DNA of 64,000 bases, taken from contig JAXLRY010000016.1 in NCBI GenBank assembly GCA_046330895.1, positions 32,273 through 96,272 on the forward strand, in the 5' to 3' direction. The translations under genes and the position numbers were made by a program. Below, piece after piece: positions 50,856-61,831 of this stretch (positions are counted from its first letter, which is position 1; the number at the start of each line of letters is the position of its first letter). This DNA is from Mycobacterium sp. Its GTDB lineage: Bacteria > Actinomycetota > Actinomycetes > Mycobacteriales > Mycobacteriaceae. The notes beneath the pieces are model-generated. The model ran no database searches. It saw only the letters and a list, made by a program, of their open reading frames with translations, and was not told the DNA's origin.

Positions 50856-51371
50856 TTACCGGCCTGTCCGCCCTGCGACGATCAATGCGGTCGCGATCGC
50901 CGCAATCCCCTCGCCGCGGCCGGTGAGCCCGAGCCCGTCCGTCGTGGTCGCAGACACCGAAACCGGGACGCCACCAAGAAGGCCGGAGAGCACCCGCTGG
51001 GCTTCATCACGGCGCGGCCCGACCTGTGGCCGGTTACCGATGACCTGAACGGCCGCGTTGCCGATGACGAAGCCGTGGTCGGTGAGTAGCTGATGGACAT
51101 GGGCCAGCATCCGGGCACCGGAAACGCCCCGCCACTGCGGGTTGTCGACACCGAACACGACACCGAGATCGCCTAGCCCGGCGGCGGACAGCAGCGCATC
51201 GCACAACGCGTGCACGGCCACATCGCCGTCGGAATGACCGGAACAGCCGTCGGCGTCATCGAACAGCAGTCCGAGGAGCCAGCACGGACGGCCGGGTTCG
51301 ATCGGATGAACATCGGTGCCCAGACCGACCCGTGGAATCGGCCCCACCAGTGGAGACTGCGGCGCTGTCAT
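50856..51371 (-). CDS. ispF: MEcPP synthase IspF
   Basis: [20 protein letters not shown]. Confidence 0.95.
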   Translation of the reverse strand: MTAPQSPLVGPIPRVGLGTDVHPIEPGRPCWLLGLLFDDADGCSGHSDGDVAVHALCDALLSAAGLGDLGVVFGVDNPQWRGVSGARMLAHVHQLLTDHGFVIGNAAVQVIGNRPQVGPRRDEAQRVLSGLLGGVPVSVSATTTDGLGLTGRGEGIAAIATALIVAGRTGR

Positions 51372-52123
51372 GTTTCGAGCACCGCCCGGGCAAGCCGGAG
51401 ATCCAGCGGCGTGGTGATCTTGAAAGCCATCGGGTCACCTGGGACAGTCCGGACCGGAATGCCCGCGCGTTCCACCAACGACGCGTCGTCGGTGACCGCG
51501 AGATCGGTGGCCCGCTCGTACACCTGGCGCAGCAATGCGGTCTCGAATCCCTGAGGTGTTTGAACGGCCCGCAAGCCGCTGCGCTCCGGGGTGCTCAGAA
51601 CCGTGCCACTGGCGTCGACGGCTTTGATGGTGTCCGATACCGGCAGAACCGGAATGACGGCGCGCGATCCCGCGCGCAGGGCGTCGATCACCCGCCGTAT
51701 CACCGCAGGCGGCGTCAGCGGGCGGGCAGCGTCGTGAACCAAGACGTATTGGGGGTTCATTGCGAGGGGCTCGCCGGATGGGGGTTCGCCGGGTTGAAAT
51801 TCGCCGGATGGGGGTTCGCCGGGTTGAAGTTCGCGGCCGACGGGCAACGCCGAAAGTGCCTTCAAAACAGTTTCGGGGCGTTCGGGTCCACCGGAAATCA
51901 CGTCGGCTCGACCGCCGAGCAATTCCGTTGCGGTGCCGACCATCTCGCTCGGCACTGCTACGAGCACCCGGTCCACGACACCGCTCGCAAGAACAGCATC
52001 CACGGCTCGCTCCAGCATTGTGCAGCCGGCGAGATCCACAAAAGCCTTCGGAATTCCCGCGCCCAAGCGCTGACCTGAACCGGCGGCCGTGACGATCACG
52101 GCCACGCCGCCAGTACCACTCAA
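51368..52123 (-). CDS. ispD: MEP cytidylyltransferase IspD
   Basis: [34 protein letters not shown]. Confidence 0.95.
   Translation of the reverse strand: MSGTGGVAVIVTAAGSGQRLGAGIPKAFVDLAGCTMLERAVDAVLASGVVDRVLVAVPSEMVGTATELLGGRADVISGGPERPETVLKALSALPVGRELQPGEPPSGEFQPGEPPSGEPLAMNPQYVLVHDAARPLTPPAVIRRVIDALRAGSRAVIPVLPVSDTIKAVDASGTVLSTPERSGLRAVQTPQGFETALLRQVYERATDLAVTDDASLVERAGIPVRTVPGDPMAFKITTPLDLRLARAVLET
51771..51830. repeat. 30-bp in-frame tandem duplication in ispD
   Basis: TCGCCGGATGGGGGTTCGCCGGGTTGAA(A/G)T x2, encoding QPGEPPSGE(F/P). Confidence 0.92.
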
Positions 52124-52143
52124 ACCGGATCCGTCCGAACCGC

Positions 52144-52701
<558 letters not shown>

Positions 52702-52871
52702 TCAGGGGCATCGACGAGGAAGATTGGGGGTTGACAGGCAGGCAATTACCTGCAATGCGGACCTCCGACAACGGCTTTCGCTACCGTCAACCAACACGAG
52801 CTACTACTGTGCATAGTTGAACCGCGGCGGCCACCACGAGCCAGCCGCACCCGGCCAAGCAGGAGGCTGCT

Positions 52872-53432
52872 GTGAAACGTGTGACGACCCGGCTCGCCGC
52901 CACATCCGCCGCTGTGGCAGCGTGCGGCCTGATCCTCACCGGCTGTGGCGCGGGACAGATCTCGCAGACCGCCGACCAGGAGGCCGCCGTCAACGGCACC
53001 TCCGCGACCTTCGAGAACATCGCCCTGCGCAACGTGCATCTACAGGCGCTGCAGACCAGCGATTACCTGCAGCCCGGACGTTCCGTTGAGCTGATGTTCG
53101 TTGCTGCGAACACCTCGCCGGACACCAACGACAAGCTGCTCAGCATCACCTCTGACGTCGGATCTGTGGCTTTGACCGGAAGCTCGGCCGTGCCTGCCGG
53201 GGGTGCTCTGGTCGTCGGCTCTCCCGACGGTCAGGCCGACGCGATGCCGATGGGCAGCGATCAGTCGGCCAGTGCCGCCCCGAAGGCCGTTGTGACGCTG
53301 ACCAAGCCGATCACCAACGGGTTGAACTACGACTTCACCTTCGAGTTCGACAAGGCCGGCAAGAAAACGGTGGAAGTGCCGATTTCCGCGGGCAACGCAC
53401 CCCGCAGCGAAAGCTCGGCCGGCTCGCACTGA
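52872..53432 (+). CDS. lpqE: Lipoprotein LpqE (Rv3584 homolog)
   Basis: Lipobox [12 protein letters not shown]; divergent from carD. Confidence 0.85.
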   Translation: MKRVTTRLAATSAAVAACGLILTGCGAGQISQTADQEAAVNGTSATFENIALRNVHLQALQTSDYLQPGRSVELMFVAANTSPDTNDKLLSITSDVGSVALTGSSAVPAGGALVVGSPDGQADAMPMGSDQSASAAPKAVVTLTKPITNGLNYDFTFEFDKAGKKTVEVPISAGNAPRSESSAGSH

Positions 53433-53468
53433 AATGTCGTGAGGCGGTACCGCCCGTCGAGCACCGGG

Positions 53469-53491
53469 TTGTCACCTTGACTCGCTAACGT
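53469..53491 (+). promoter_or_regulatory. RecA-NDp (PafBC-type) DNA-damage promoter; leaderless radA
   Basis: TTGTCA-CCT-N8-TAACGT fits the tTGTCRgtg-N8-TAnnnT spacing; GTG start 6 nt after the -10. Confidence 0.7.
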
Positions 53492-53497
53492 CGCGGT

Positions 53498-54967
53498 GTG
53501 GTCGCTACACGCTCGGCACGTTCGCAGTTCAGGTGCTCAGAATGTCAGCACGTCGCCGCAAAGTGGGTGGGCCGGTGCCCCGACTGCGGCGGTTGGGGCA
53601 CCGTCTGTGAAGTAGCCGCCGTCGGCGGTGTTGGCGGCGGCCGGCGGCCCGTTCCGATGCTCCCCTCATCTCCCGCCGTACCGATCACGTCCATCGATCC
53701 CGACGAGACGCGCCATTTCACCACCGGCGTGAGCGAATTGGACCGGGTGCTGGGCGGTGGCCTGGTTCCCGGATCCGTTGTGCTGCTCGCGGGCGATCCC
53801 GGGGTCGGCAAGTCAACTCTGCTGCTGGAGGTCGTCTACCGCTGGGCGAAGGGCAGCCGCCGCGCGCTGTACGTCTCGGGCGAAGAATCCGTCGGACAGA
53901 TACGGATGCGTGCCGAGCGCACGAAGTCCAGCCACGACGAGGTCTACCTCGCAGCGGAATCCGATGTGCAGACCGTCCTCGGCCATATCGAGGCGGTGAA
54001 ACCGACCCTGGTCGTGGTCGACTCGGTTCAGACCATGACGACGACGGAGGCCGACGGAGTCGTCGGCGGAGTCACCCAGGTTCGCGCCGTGACAGCCGCC
54101 CTCACGGCAGCGGCGAAGGCGGCCGGCGTCGCGATGGTCCTCGTCGGGCACGTCACCAAGGACGGTGCGATCGCCGGACCACGATCACTCGAACACCTGG
54201 TGGACGTCGTCCTGCATTTCGAAGGCGACCGAAACACAGCCCTGCGGATGGTCCGTGGCATCAAGAACCGATTCGGCGCCGCCGATGAAGTGGGCTGTTT
54301 TTCGCTGCACGGCAATGGAATCGAGTCCATCGCCGACCCATCCAGATTGTTTCGCGACCAACGGCCCAAGCCCGTGCCCGGGACGGCGATCACCGTCACG
54401 CTCGAAGGCAAGCGGCCCCTCATCGGCGAGATTCAGGCACTGCTCGCGCTTCCGAGCAATCCGGGTGCAACGCCTCGGCGGGCCGTCAGCGGGATCGACA
54501 ACGCACGCACAGCCATGATCACCGCCGTGCTGGAGAAGCACGCCAAGCTGAAGGTCGGCGAGAACGACATCTACCTATCGACCGTGGGCGGCATGCGCCT
54601 GACCGACCCGTCAGCCGACCTGGCGGTGGCCGTAGCCATGGCGTCCGCATATACGGGCCTGGCCCTTCCACCGACGACGGTCGTGATCGGCGAGGTCGGG
54701 CTCACCGGCGATCTGCGCAACGCCCCCGGTATGGACCGTCGGCTCGCCGAGGCACTCCGGTTGGGTTTCACCTCGGCTATCGTGCCGGCCCGGTGCGGTA
54801 AAGCACCCTTCGGATTGAAAACCCTGGAATCCGCGACGATCGCGGATGCGTTGCGGACAATCCTCGCCACCGCCGAATCATCGATGGGCAAAGTGCTCGT
54901 CGAGTTGAAGAGAAAATCGAACAGGAACCCCGCGGGACTGGAAGCAGTGGACAATGAGTGGCTGTGA
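53498..54967 (+). CDS. radA: DNA repair protein RadA/Sms
   Basis: C4 zinc finger CSEC...[17 protein letters not shown]. Confidence 0.95.
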   Translation: MVATRSARSQFRCSECQHVAAKWVGRCPDCGGWGTVCEVAAVGGVGGGRRPVPMLPSSPAVPITSIDPDETRHFTTGVSELDRVLGGGLVPGSVVLLAGDPGVGKSTLLLEVVYRWAKGSRRALYVSGEESVGQIRMRAERTKSSHDEVYLAAESDVQTVLGHIEAVKPTLVVVDSVQTMTTTEADGVVGGVTQVRAVTAALTAAAKAAGVAMVLVGHVTKDGAIAGPRSLEHLVDVVLHFEGDRNTALRMVRGIKNRFGAADEVGCFSLHGNGIESIADPSRLFRDQRPKPVPGTAITVTLEGKRPLIGEIQALLALPSNPGATPRRAVSGIDNARTAMITAVLEKHAKLKVGENDIYLSTVGGMRLTDPSADLAVAVAMASAYTGLALPPTTVVIGEVGLTGDLRNAPGMDRRLAEALRLGFTSAIVPARCGKAPFGLKTLESATIADALRTILATAESSMGKVLVELKRKSNRNPAGLEAVDNEWL

Positions 54968-56055
54968 ACAGTGCGGCCCAACCCACTCACGCCACGTTGC
55001 GTGACACGATCGGGCGACTGGCCCCAGGCACCGCGCTTCGAGACGGTCTCGAGCGAATCCTCCGAGGTCGCACCGGCGCCCTGATCGTGCTGGGTTACGA
55101 CGAACGCGTCGAAGCCATCTGCGATGGCGGCTTTTCACTGGACGTGGCGTTCGCTCCCACACGCCTGCGGGAGTTGTCGAAGATGGACGGTGCGGTGGTC
55201 CTGTCCACCGACGCCAGCCGCATCGTTCGCGCAAACGTGCAGCTGGTTCCGGACCCGACGATCCCCACCGACGAATCGGGCACCCGCCACCGCTCGGCCG
55301 AGCGCACAGCCGTTCAGACCGGGTTTCCGGTTGTCTCGGTCAGCCATTCGATGAGCATCGTCACCGTCTACATGGGCGGCGAACGCCACGTGCTCGCCGA
55401 TTCAGCCACCATCCTGTCGCGGGCGAACCAGGCGATCGCCACCCTCGAGCGCTACAAGTCGCGGCTCGATGAAGTGTCCCGTCAGCTGTCCACCGCCGAG
55501 ATCGAAGACTTCGTGACGCTCCGCGACGTCATGACAGTGGTCCAGCGGCTCGAATTGGTCCGCCGCATCGGCATGGAAATCAATTACGACACAGTCGAAC
55601 TCGGGACCGATGGCCGCCAGCTCAGACTTCAGCTCGAAGAGCTGCTCGGGGGGAACGAGGCGGCGCGCGAACTGATCGTGCGCGACTATCACGCCAACCC
55701 CGAACCGCCGTCGAAGACACAGGTGGGGGCAACCCTGGCCGAACTCGACGCGTTATCCGACGCGGAACTGCTCGACTTCACCGTGCTCTCAAGGGTTTTC
55801 GGCTACCCGTCCACCGCTGAGGCGCAGGACTCCGCGTTGAGTTCACGCGGATACCGGGCGATGGCGGGAATACCTCGGCTCCAGTTCGCCCACGTCGACC
55901 TGTTGATCCGGCGCTTCGGGTCGCTCCAGGGCCTGCTTGCCGCCAGCGCAACCGACCTGCAATCGGTCGACGGCATCGGGTCGATGTGGGCACGACACGT
56001 CCGGGAAGGCCTGTCACAGCTCGCCGAATCCACGATCGCGGATCGACTGGCCTGA
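54958..56055 (+). CDS. disA: Diadenylate cyclase / DNA integrity scanning protein DisA
   Basis: DGA and GTRHR DAC motifs; C-terminal HhH. Confidence 0.95.
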   Translation: MAVNSAAQPTHATLRDTIGRLAPGTALRDGLERILRGRTGALIVLGYDERVEAICDGGFSLDVAFAPTRLRELSKMDGAVVLSTDASRIVRANVQLVPDPTIPTDESGTRHRSAERTAVQTGFPVVSVSHSMSIVTVYMGGERHVLADSATILSRANQAIATLERYKSRLDEVSRQLSTAEIEDFVTLRDVMTVVQRLELVRRIGMEINYDTVELGTDGRQLRLQLEELLGGNEAARELIVRDYHANPEPPSKTQVGATLAELDALSDAELLDFTVLSRVFGYPSTAEAQDSALSSRGYRAMAGIPRLQFAHVDLLIRRFGSLQGLLAASATDLQSVDGIGSMWARHVREGLSQLAESTIADRLA

Positions 56056-56138
56056 TCCGTATCACCCCTGCCACGGGCCCTCCCTTGGTACGTTGTTTGC
56101 TGTTGCACCAGCAATTGGACCGTCGAGGGGGGTCGAGG

Positions 56139-58106
56139 GTGGCAACTCGGCATAGCTGCGGTGATCGCGGCGTAAAACGTTCTGTTCTATGGCTGCGCGC
56201 CGGCGCGGTGGCCGCCGGCCTAGGCGCCGCCGTCATCACCGGCCAGGCGGTCGCCTCCGCGGCGCCCCCCCAAGATTCGGGCGCCCAGGATTCGAGCCCG
56301 TCTGCCGGCCCGGCGTCCAAAGACTCGAAATCGTCCGTCGGCACCAAGAGACCGCGGGCCACGGGATCACGCAACACCGTTGCGCGCGGGGTGCCTAAGC
56401 GGCCGTCCAGTGCTACGCCCGCGCCCGAGGTCGCAGCGACACCGCCCGCGCCCGGGAACGTCAGCCTTGGCGAGCCGCCGGTCAAGCAGAACGGCGAGGG
56501 CACCGTTCGTACCGTCACCGGCCCGTTCACCGACCGCACAGTGGCGACCGTCTCCGACGCCGCCGCCGTGTTCAACGACCTGGCGGAATCGCTGGGGGCG
56601 ACGACCGGTTTCGCCGACGTCGGCGACATCACCGTCCAGCAAGCCGACAGCGGCCGGCTTTCCGAGACGTTCTATCGAATCTCCGGACAGATCAACGGGA
56701 TTCGTGTCATCGGCAGCGAGGTGATCCTTGTCACCGACGCCAACGGCACCGTCACAGGCCTTTACAACTACCGCGACAGCCGCCTGAACACCGTCGACAC
56801 CACACCCGATCCGCGTGTCGACGACACCACCGAGGTCATCGCCCTGGCGACGCAGGCATACCTCGCCGCCAACACGCGCGCCAGGCCGGCCGGGTCCCAG
56901 AAGATCGCGTCCTCGCTGAACACCGACCTGAAAACCGTCGTCCCCGAATTGGTGGTGGATTCCGTCGATGCGGAATCAGCACCACGGCTGGTCTGGCGGA
57001 TCTCCGTGAGCCCGTCGGGCCGGTCGCGTTCGGCGGTTCCCTCCGATGCCGAGCCGGCCACCTACCTCGTCTATGCCAACGGCCCCGACGCCGGAACCGT
57101 CGTCCGCCAGGACTCGGCCGCGAAAGCGTTGTTCCCCACCGTCGCAACCACCGCCACAGCCACCGATCAGCGCGGCCAGAGCCGGGATCTGAACGTCACC
57201 TCCACGCACATCCTGTCGTTCGATGTGCTCCGACTGAACGACACGATCCGCGACATCGTCACCTACCGGACGTCATACCTCCTCGGAATCGGTCCCCCGA
57301 TCCTTCCCGGCCGGCAGATCGGCAAGGGCTTGTTCGGCTGGGACGCCGCCGGGGTGTCAGCGCAGGCGAACATGGCGACGACCTACGACTACTACTCGAG
57401 CGTCCTGGGCCTGGATTCATTCGACGGCAACGGGGCACCGATCAAACTCAGCCTCAACTACAGCCCCCGCACCAGCCTTGTCGAGATCTTCCTCGGGTAC
57501 AGCAACGCGATCTGGGATCCGGACCGCCAACTGTTCGCCTTCGGAAACCTCGACCACTTCCAGACCGCCCTCGACGTGGTGGCACACGAATACACCCACG
57601 CCGTCATCAGTTACATCGTCGGCGATGGTGGATCAGTCTGGGAGACAGGCGAATCCGGGGCGTTGAACGAGGCGTACGCCGACATAATGGGCGCGCTCGT
57701 CGAAGGGAAGATCGGGACCTTCCAGTGGATGTTCGGTGAAGACACCGGCCGTGGCGCTCTGCGCAACTTGGCGAACCCCGGGGCGGTCAACACCGAGTAC
57801 GGATCGTATCGGGTGACCTACGCCGACAGATACACCGGCCACCAGGACGACGGCGGCGAACACCTCAACAGCACAATATTCAGTCACGCGGTCTACAAGA
57901 TGATGACCGACCCGGCGACCGCCGAGGTGACCAGCGACGCCTGGGCAACGGTGATGTACCACTCGCTATACCGGCTGGGGCTGTCCGCCGACTTCGCCGA
58001 CGGCCGGACAGCCATCGTGGACACCGCCACCGAGTACGGGTTCACCGAGGCTCAACTGAACGCGATCAACGACGCCTTCGACGACGCCGGGATCGCGGCC
58101 GCCTAG
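56139..58106 (+). CDS. Secreted thermolysin-like (M4) zinc metalloprotease with propeptide
   Basis: Signal-like WLRAGAVAAGLGAAVITGQAVASA; HEYTH, GALNEAYAD, DDGGEHLNS; start GTG 56139 uncertain. Confidence 0.85.
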   Translation: MATRHSCGDRGVKRSVLWLRAGAVAAGLGAAVITGQAVASAAPPQDSGAQDSSPSAGPASKDSKSSVGTKRPRATGSRNTVARGVPKRPSSATPAPEVAATPPAPGNVSLGEPPVKQNGEGTVRTVTGPFTDRTVATVSDAAAVFNDLAESLGATTGFADVGDITVQQADSGRLSETFYRISGQINGIRVIGSEVILVTDANGTVTGLYNYRDSRLNTVDTTPDPRVDDTTEVIALATQAYLAANTRARPAGSQKIASSLNTDLKTVVPELVVDSVDAESAPRLVWRISVSPSGRSRSAVPSDAEPATYLVYANGPDAGTVVRQDSAAKALFPTVATTATATDQRGQSRDLNVTSTHILSFDVLRLNDTIRDIVTYRTSYLLGIGPPILPGRQIGKGLFGWDAAGVSAQANMATTYDYYSSVLGLDSFDGNGAPIKLSLNYSPRTSLVEIFLGYSNAIWDPDRQLFAFGNLDHFQTALDVVAHEYTHAVISYIVGDGGSVWETGESGALNEAYADIMGALVEGKIGTFQWMFGEDTGRGALRNLANPGAVNTEYGSYRVTYADRYTGHQDDGGEHLNSTIFSHAVYKMMTDPATAEVTSDAWATVMYHSLYRLGLSADFADGRTAIVDTATEYGFTEAQLNAINDAFDDAGIAAA

Positions 58107-58123
58107 TCACGGTCGTTTGAACC

Positions 58124-58184
58124 CGCGAGATCGACGTCAGGGTGGCGCCAGTCGCGGCGCCACCGCCGTGTCGTGAATTTCGCG
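58124..58184. repeat. REP-like 61-bp hairpin, CGAGATCGAC type
   Basis: CGCGAGAT...ATTTCGCG outer stem; perfect inner GGTGGCGCC/GGCGCCACC; convergent junction. Confidence 0.7.
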
Positions 58185-58192
58185 TGGACTAG

Positions 58193-58966
58193 CTAGTTAC
58201 CCGGCGCGGGAGCGTCGCCGGCAGGCGGACCGGGCTCGCCACCAGGCGCATGATCCGCGGGCTCGTCTACCACCAGCGGCGGAGGCGGCGGTGTGTCAGA
58301 CAGGATGAACGGAACCGCGGCCGACCTCAAGTTGCCCAACTGGACCACCAGGTTGTAGGTACCCGGACCGATCGGCTCGCGAGGCAGCGGGCACTGCGGA
58401 GCGGAACCCATCCCCGTCCAGGTCACTTCCGTCGTGACCTGCTCCCCCGGATTGAACGACTTGACCAGCGTCTCGTTGGACGGCGCGCAATCCAGGTTGG
58501 ACCACAGCCTCTTATTGTCCAGCGAGTAGACGTAGGCCGCGAGCACGGCCGCACCAACGTCACGCTTACAGGCCACCAGCCCGATATTCGTGACGACCAT
58601 CGTGAATTTCGGCTGATCGCCGATGACGTACTGAGGCGCGTTGGTGATCCCCTTGACTGCCAGCGTCGAATCCGGGCAGTCGTCGCCCTCCTTCAGCACC
58701 GGCGGGGGCGCCACCGCTTCGGTAGCCGTCGGAGTCGGTGCCGGACTCGACTGAGCGGGCGGCAACACCGGAGTCTTGTTCTCCGGCTGAGCGATCCCGG
58801 TGGTCGTGTTTGCGGCGGGCTTGGATTCGGGGCTGCTTCCGCCGAAGATCGCGTAAGAGACACCGACCACGATCGCGACGACAACCGCCACGATCCCTAT
58901 CGCTAATCCTCTGCGCCGCCAGTAGATTTGCCTCGGCAGCGGGCCACGCGGTTCCAGATCCAGCAC
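58193..58966 (-). CDS. Conserved membrane protein (Rv3587c homolog)
   Basis: LDLEPRGPLP..IYWRRR, one TM helix, LWSNLDC; leaderless GTG 58966. Confidence 0.85.
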   Translation of the reverse strand: MLDLEPRGPLPRQIYWRRRGLAIGIVAVVVAIVVGVSYAIFGGSSPESKPAANTTTGIAQPENKTPVLPPAQSSPAPTPTATEAVAPPPVLKEGDDCPDSTLAVKGITNAPQYVIGDQPKFTMVVTNIGLVACKRDVGAAVLAAYVYSLDNKRLWSNLDCAPSNETLVKSFNPGEQVTTEVTWTGMGSAPQCPLPREPIGPGTYNLVVQLGNLRSAAVPFILSDTPPPPPLVVDEPADHAPGGEPGPPAGDAPAPGN

Positions 58967-59049
58967 GTTTCCACGGTAGATCCAGGTCACCAACAGTTGT
59001 TCGACCCGAGTCGGCGTGTCGCCTTGTTCCCTGTCGACCTATTCGCCTA

Positions 59050-59670
59050 TTACGGCTCGCCGATCTCGCCGATGTGTTCACGCAGGGCGATCTGACCGTC
59101 GGCCAGATGGTAGGTCGCACCGACGATTGCCAGCTGACCATTGGCGACCCGTTCGGAGATCGCCGTCGAATGCGCCATCAACTGCGAACCAGTCTCGATC
59201 ACGTGGCGGGCCTCGAATTCGTCGACCCGGGTCAGACCGTCACGGCGCCCGAGCAGGACCGACGAGGTAATCCGCTCGACGACATCGCGGACGAATCCGG
59301 TCGGCACCTGCAATTCGTCGAGGGCAGCCAACGTGGCCTTGACCGCGCCGCAGCTGTCGTGGCCGAGAACCACGATCAGCGGCACATTGAGGACCGACAC
59401 CGCGTACTCGATAGATCCCATGACCGCGGAGTCGATGACGTGACCGGCGGTCCGCACCACGAACATGTCCCCCAGGCCCTGGTCGAAGATGATCTCGGCG
59501 GCAACGCGGCTGTCGGCGCATCCGAAAACCACCGCCGTGGGGCGCTGCCCCTCAGCCAGGCTGGCGCGATATTCGATGCTCTGGCTGGGATGCTGGGGCG
59601 TTCCGGCGACGAAACGCTGGTTACCCTCCTTGAGTGCCTTCCACGCGTTTACTGGGCTGGTATTCGGCAT
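59050..59670 (-). CDS. canB: Beta-class carbonic anhydrase (Rv3588c)
   Basis: CADSRV, GHDSCGA; 206 aa from ATG 59670. Confidence 0.93.
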   Translation of the reverse strand: MPNTSPVNAWKALKEGNQRFVAGTPQHPSQSIEYRASLAEGQRPTAVVFGCADSRVAAEIIFDQGLGDMFVVRTAGHVIDSAVMGSIEYAVSVLNVPLIVVLGHDSCGAVKATLAALDELQVPTGFVRDVVERITSSVLLGRRDGLTRVDEFEARHVIETGSQLMAHSTAISERVANGQLAIVGATYHLADGQIALREHIGEIGEP

Positions 59671-59707
59671 GGGGCCCATTGTGCACTGCCGACCCGGCGG
59701 GCACACC

Positions 59708-60613
59708 GTGAGCCTCGACCCCGACGAAGTCGTCTCCTGGTACCGGAGTGCCAAACGCGACCTGCCCTGGCGGGCCCCCGAGGTGAGTCCGTGGCAAATT
59801 CTGGTCAGCGAATTCATGCTGCAGCAGACCCCGGCAGCGCGGGTGGCACCCATCTGGTCGACATGGATCTCGCGCTGGCCCACACCGTCTTCGACGGCCG
59901 CGGCCGGACCGGCCGAGATCCTTCGCGCATGGGGCAAACTCGGCTATCCGCGGCGCGCCAAACGGTTGCACGAATGCGCAACCGTCATCGCCACCGAGCA
60001 CCACGACATCGTTCCCGACGACGTCGAAATCCTGCTCAGCCTGCCGGGGGTCGGGGCATACACCGCCCGAGCGATCGCCTGTTTCGCCTACGGCAAGCGG
60101 GTTCCGGTGGTGGACACCAACGTCCGAAGGGTCGTGGCCCGCGCCGTGCACGGCCGCGCCGACTCGGGGGCACCCTCAACCGTTCGCGATCACGCGGACG
60201 TGGCAGCGCTGCTTCCCGACAACTCCTCTGCCCCAATGTTTTCCGCGGGCCTGATGGAACTCGGCGCAACCGTGTGCACGGCCCGCGCCCCGAAATGTGC
60301 CGTATGCCCGCTGAGTTCGTGCGTCTGGCGATCCGCCGGACACCCCCCTTCGACAGACCCCCCGCGACGGGCGCAGCGCTACGCGGGAACCGATCGCCAG
60401 GTCCGCGGACGGCTGCTCGACGTACTGCGGGGGTCTTCCACGCCAGTGGACCGCGCCCGCCTGGACCTCGTATGGCCGGCCGACGTCGCGCAACGCGACA
60501 GAGCCCTCGATTCACTCCTGATCGACGGACTGGTCGAGCAGACCCCCGACGGACTGTTCGCGCTGTGCGGGGAGGGCTCATGCGCTCCGCGAGCAGACGT
60601 GGAGGCCCCCTGA
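59708..60613 (+). CDS. mutY: A/G-specific adenine glycosylase MutY
   Basis: SEFMLQQT, LGYPRRA, LPGVGAYTA, VDTNV, CTARAPKCAVCPL..C; start GTG 59708. Confidence 0.93.
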   Translation: MSLDPDEVVSWYRSAKRDLPWRAPEVSPWQILVSEFMLQQTPAARVAPIWSTWISRWPTPSSTAAAGPAEILRAWGKLGYPRRAKRLHECATVIATEHHDIVPDDVEILLSLPGVGAYTARAIACFAYGKRVPVVDTNVRRVVARAVHGRADSGAPSTVRDHADVAALLPDNSSAPMFSAGLMELGATVCTARAPKCAVCPLSSCVWRSAGHPPSTDPPRRAQRYAGTDRQVRGRLLDVLRGSSTPVDRARLDLVWPADVAQRDRALDSLLIDGLVEQTPDGLFALCGEGSCAPRADVEAP

Positions 60614-60650
60614 GTCACTGCGTGTCGGAGACCTCAGCGTCTGCTCGCGG
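60587..60650. repeat. REP-like hairpin, CGCGAGCAGACG type, copy 2, overlapping two gene ends
   Basis: CCGCGAGCAGACG...CGTCTGCTCGCGG perfect 13-bp arms; minus strand shares CGCGAGCAGACGCTGAGGTC with copy 1. Confidence 0.85.
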
Positions 60651-61454
60651 GAGAGACGGGCTCGCGAGAGGAACGGGAGGGAGGGCAGCGAGGAACTGCT
60701 CGACCTCGCGGCGATAACGTTCCGGAGCCTCGTCGTGAACCAGATGCCCTGATTCGGGAACCTGGATATGGGTGGCCCGGTCGCCGGCAATCTCGGACAT
60801 CTTCCGCATCTGCCCCTCCGGCGCCACCGAACGGCCCGCTTCGATGAGCAACGCGGGAGCCCGGCCGGCCTGCCACTGCGCCCAATAATCGCGCGTTCCC
60901 CATTCCGCGGCAATCTCGATCCACCACTGCGGCCGACCGTGCAGTCGCCAACCGGTGGCGGTGCGGTCGAACGCGTCAAGGAAGTACTGGCCGGCGATCG
61001 GACCGAACTCGGCGAAAACGTCCTCGGCTGAGCCGAATTCGACGGGCAACGCGTGCAGCCACGGTTCCCACGGCCCGGTTGTGCCGCCCACGAAGTCCGG
61101 CGCCATGTCCTCGACCACCAGTGCCGCAACGAGATCCGGCCGTTCTGCGGCCACACACCACGAATGGAGGCCACCCATGGAATGTCCGATCAGGACGGCC
61201 GACCGACCCAGACTTTCCAGCGCGGCGGACAGGTCGTCGACGAATGTCTCCGTGCCGATCGTTCGTGGATCATCGACATCACGGCCACGGTGCCACGGTG
61301 CGTCATAGGTGAAAACCTCACCGAGCCTGGTCAACCACGGAAGCTGCCGCGACCACGTACTCCCCCGCCCCATCAAGCCGTGCACCAGCACCAACGGGCG
61401 GCCCGCACCGCCTCGACGGACCAGCGATCCAGATGTCACGGTTACATCTTCCAC
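60615..61454 (-). CDS. Alpha/beta hydrolase (Rv3591c homolog)
   Basis: VHGLMG, GHSMGG, SGHLVH. Confidence 0.88.
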   Translation of the reverse strand: MEDVTVTSGSLVRRGGAGRPLVLVHGLMGRGSTWSRQLPWLTRLGEVFTYDAPWHRGRDVDDPRTIGTETFVDDLSAALESLGRSAVLIGHSMGGLHSWCVAAERPDLVAALVVEDMAPDFVGGTTGPWEPWLHALPVEFGSAEDVFAEFGPIAGQYFLDAFDRTATGWRLHGRPQWWIEIAAEWGTRDYWAQWQAGRAPALLIEAGRSVAPEGQMRKMSEIAGDRATHIQVPESGHLVHDEAPERYRREVEQFLAALPPVPLASPSLPRADAEVSDTQ

Positions 61455-61513
61455 ATCGATGCGCGAGTGCCACTCTCATATTTCCCGAACGGCTCGCGCG
61501 GTAGCCTTGCGCC

Positions 61514-61831
61514 ATGGCTGTGGTGAAGATCAACGCAATCGAGATACCGCCGGGCGCAGGTCCCGAACTGGAGAAGCGGTTCGCCCATCGCGCCCACGCG
61601 GTCGACAATCAGCCGGGCTTCCTCGGCTTCCAATTGCTGAGACCGATCAAGGGCGAGGACCGCTACTTCGTGGTCACCCAATGGGAGACCGAAGAAGCCT
61701 TCCAGGCCTGGGCAACCGGACCCGCCGTGCACGCGCACGCCGGCGAACGGGCCAATCCGGTTGCGACAGGCGCACATTTGCTCGAGTTCGAAGTTGTGCT
61801 GGACGTTGCGGGGACTGACACAAAGGCATAG
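61514..61831 (+). CDS. mhuD: Heme-degrading monooxygenase MhuD
   Basis: VVKINAI, RF..RAHAVDNQPGFLGFQLLRP, HAH; leaderless TAGCCT-N6-ATG. Confidence 0.93.
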   Translation: MAVVKINAIEIPPGAGPELEKRFAHRAHAVDNQPGFLGFQLLRPIKGEDRYFVVTQWETEEAFQAWATGPAVHAHAGERANPVATGAHLLEFEVVLDVAGTDTKA

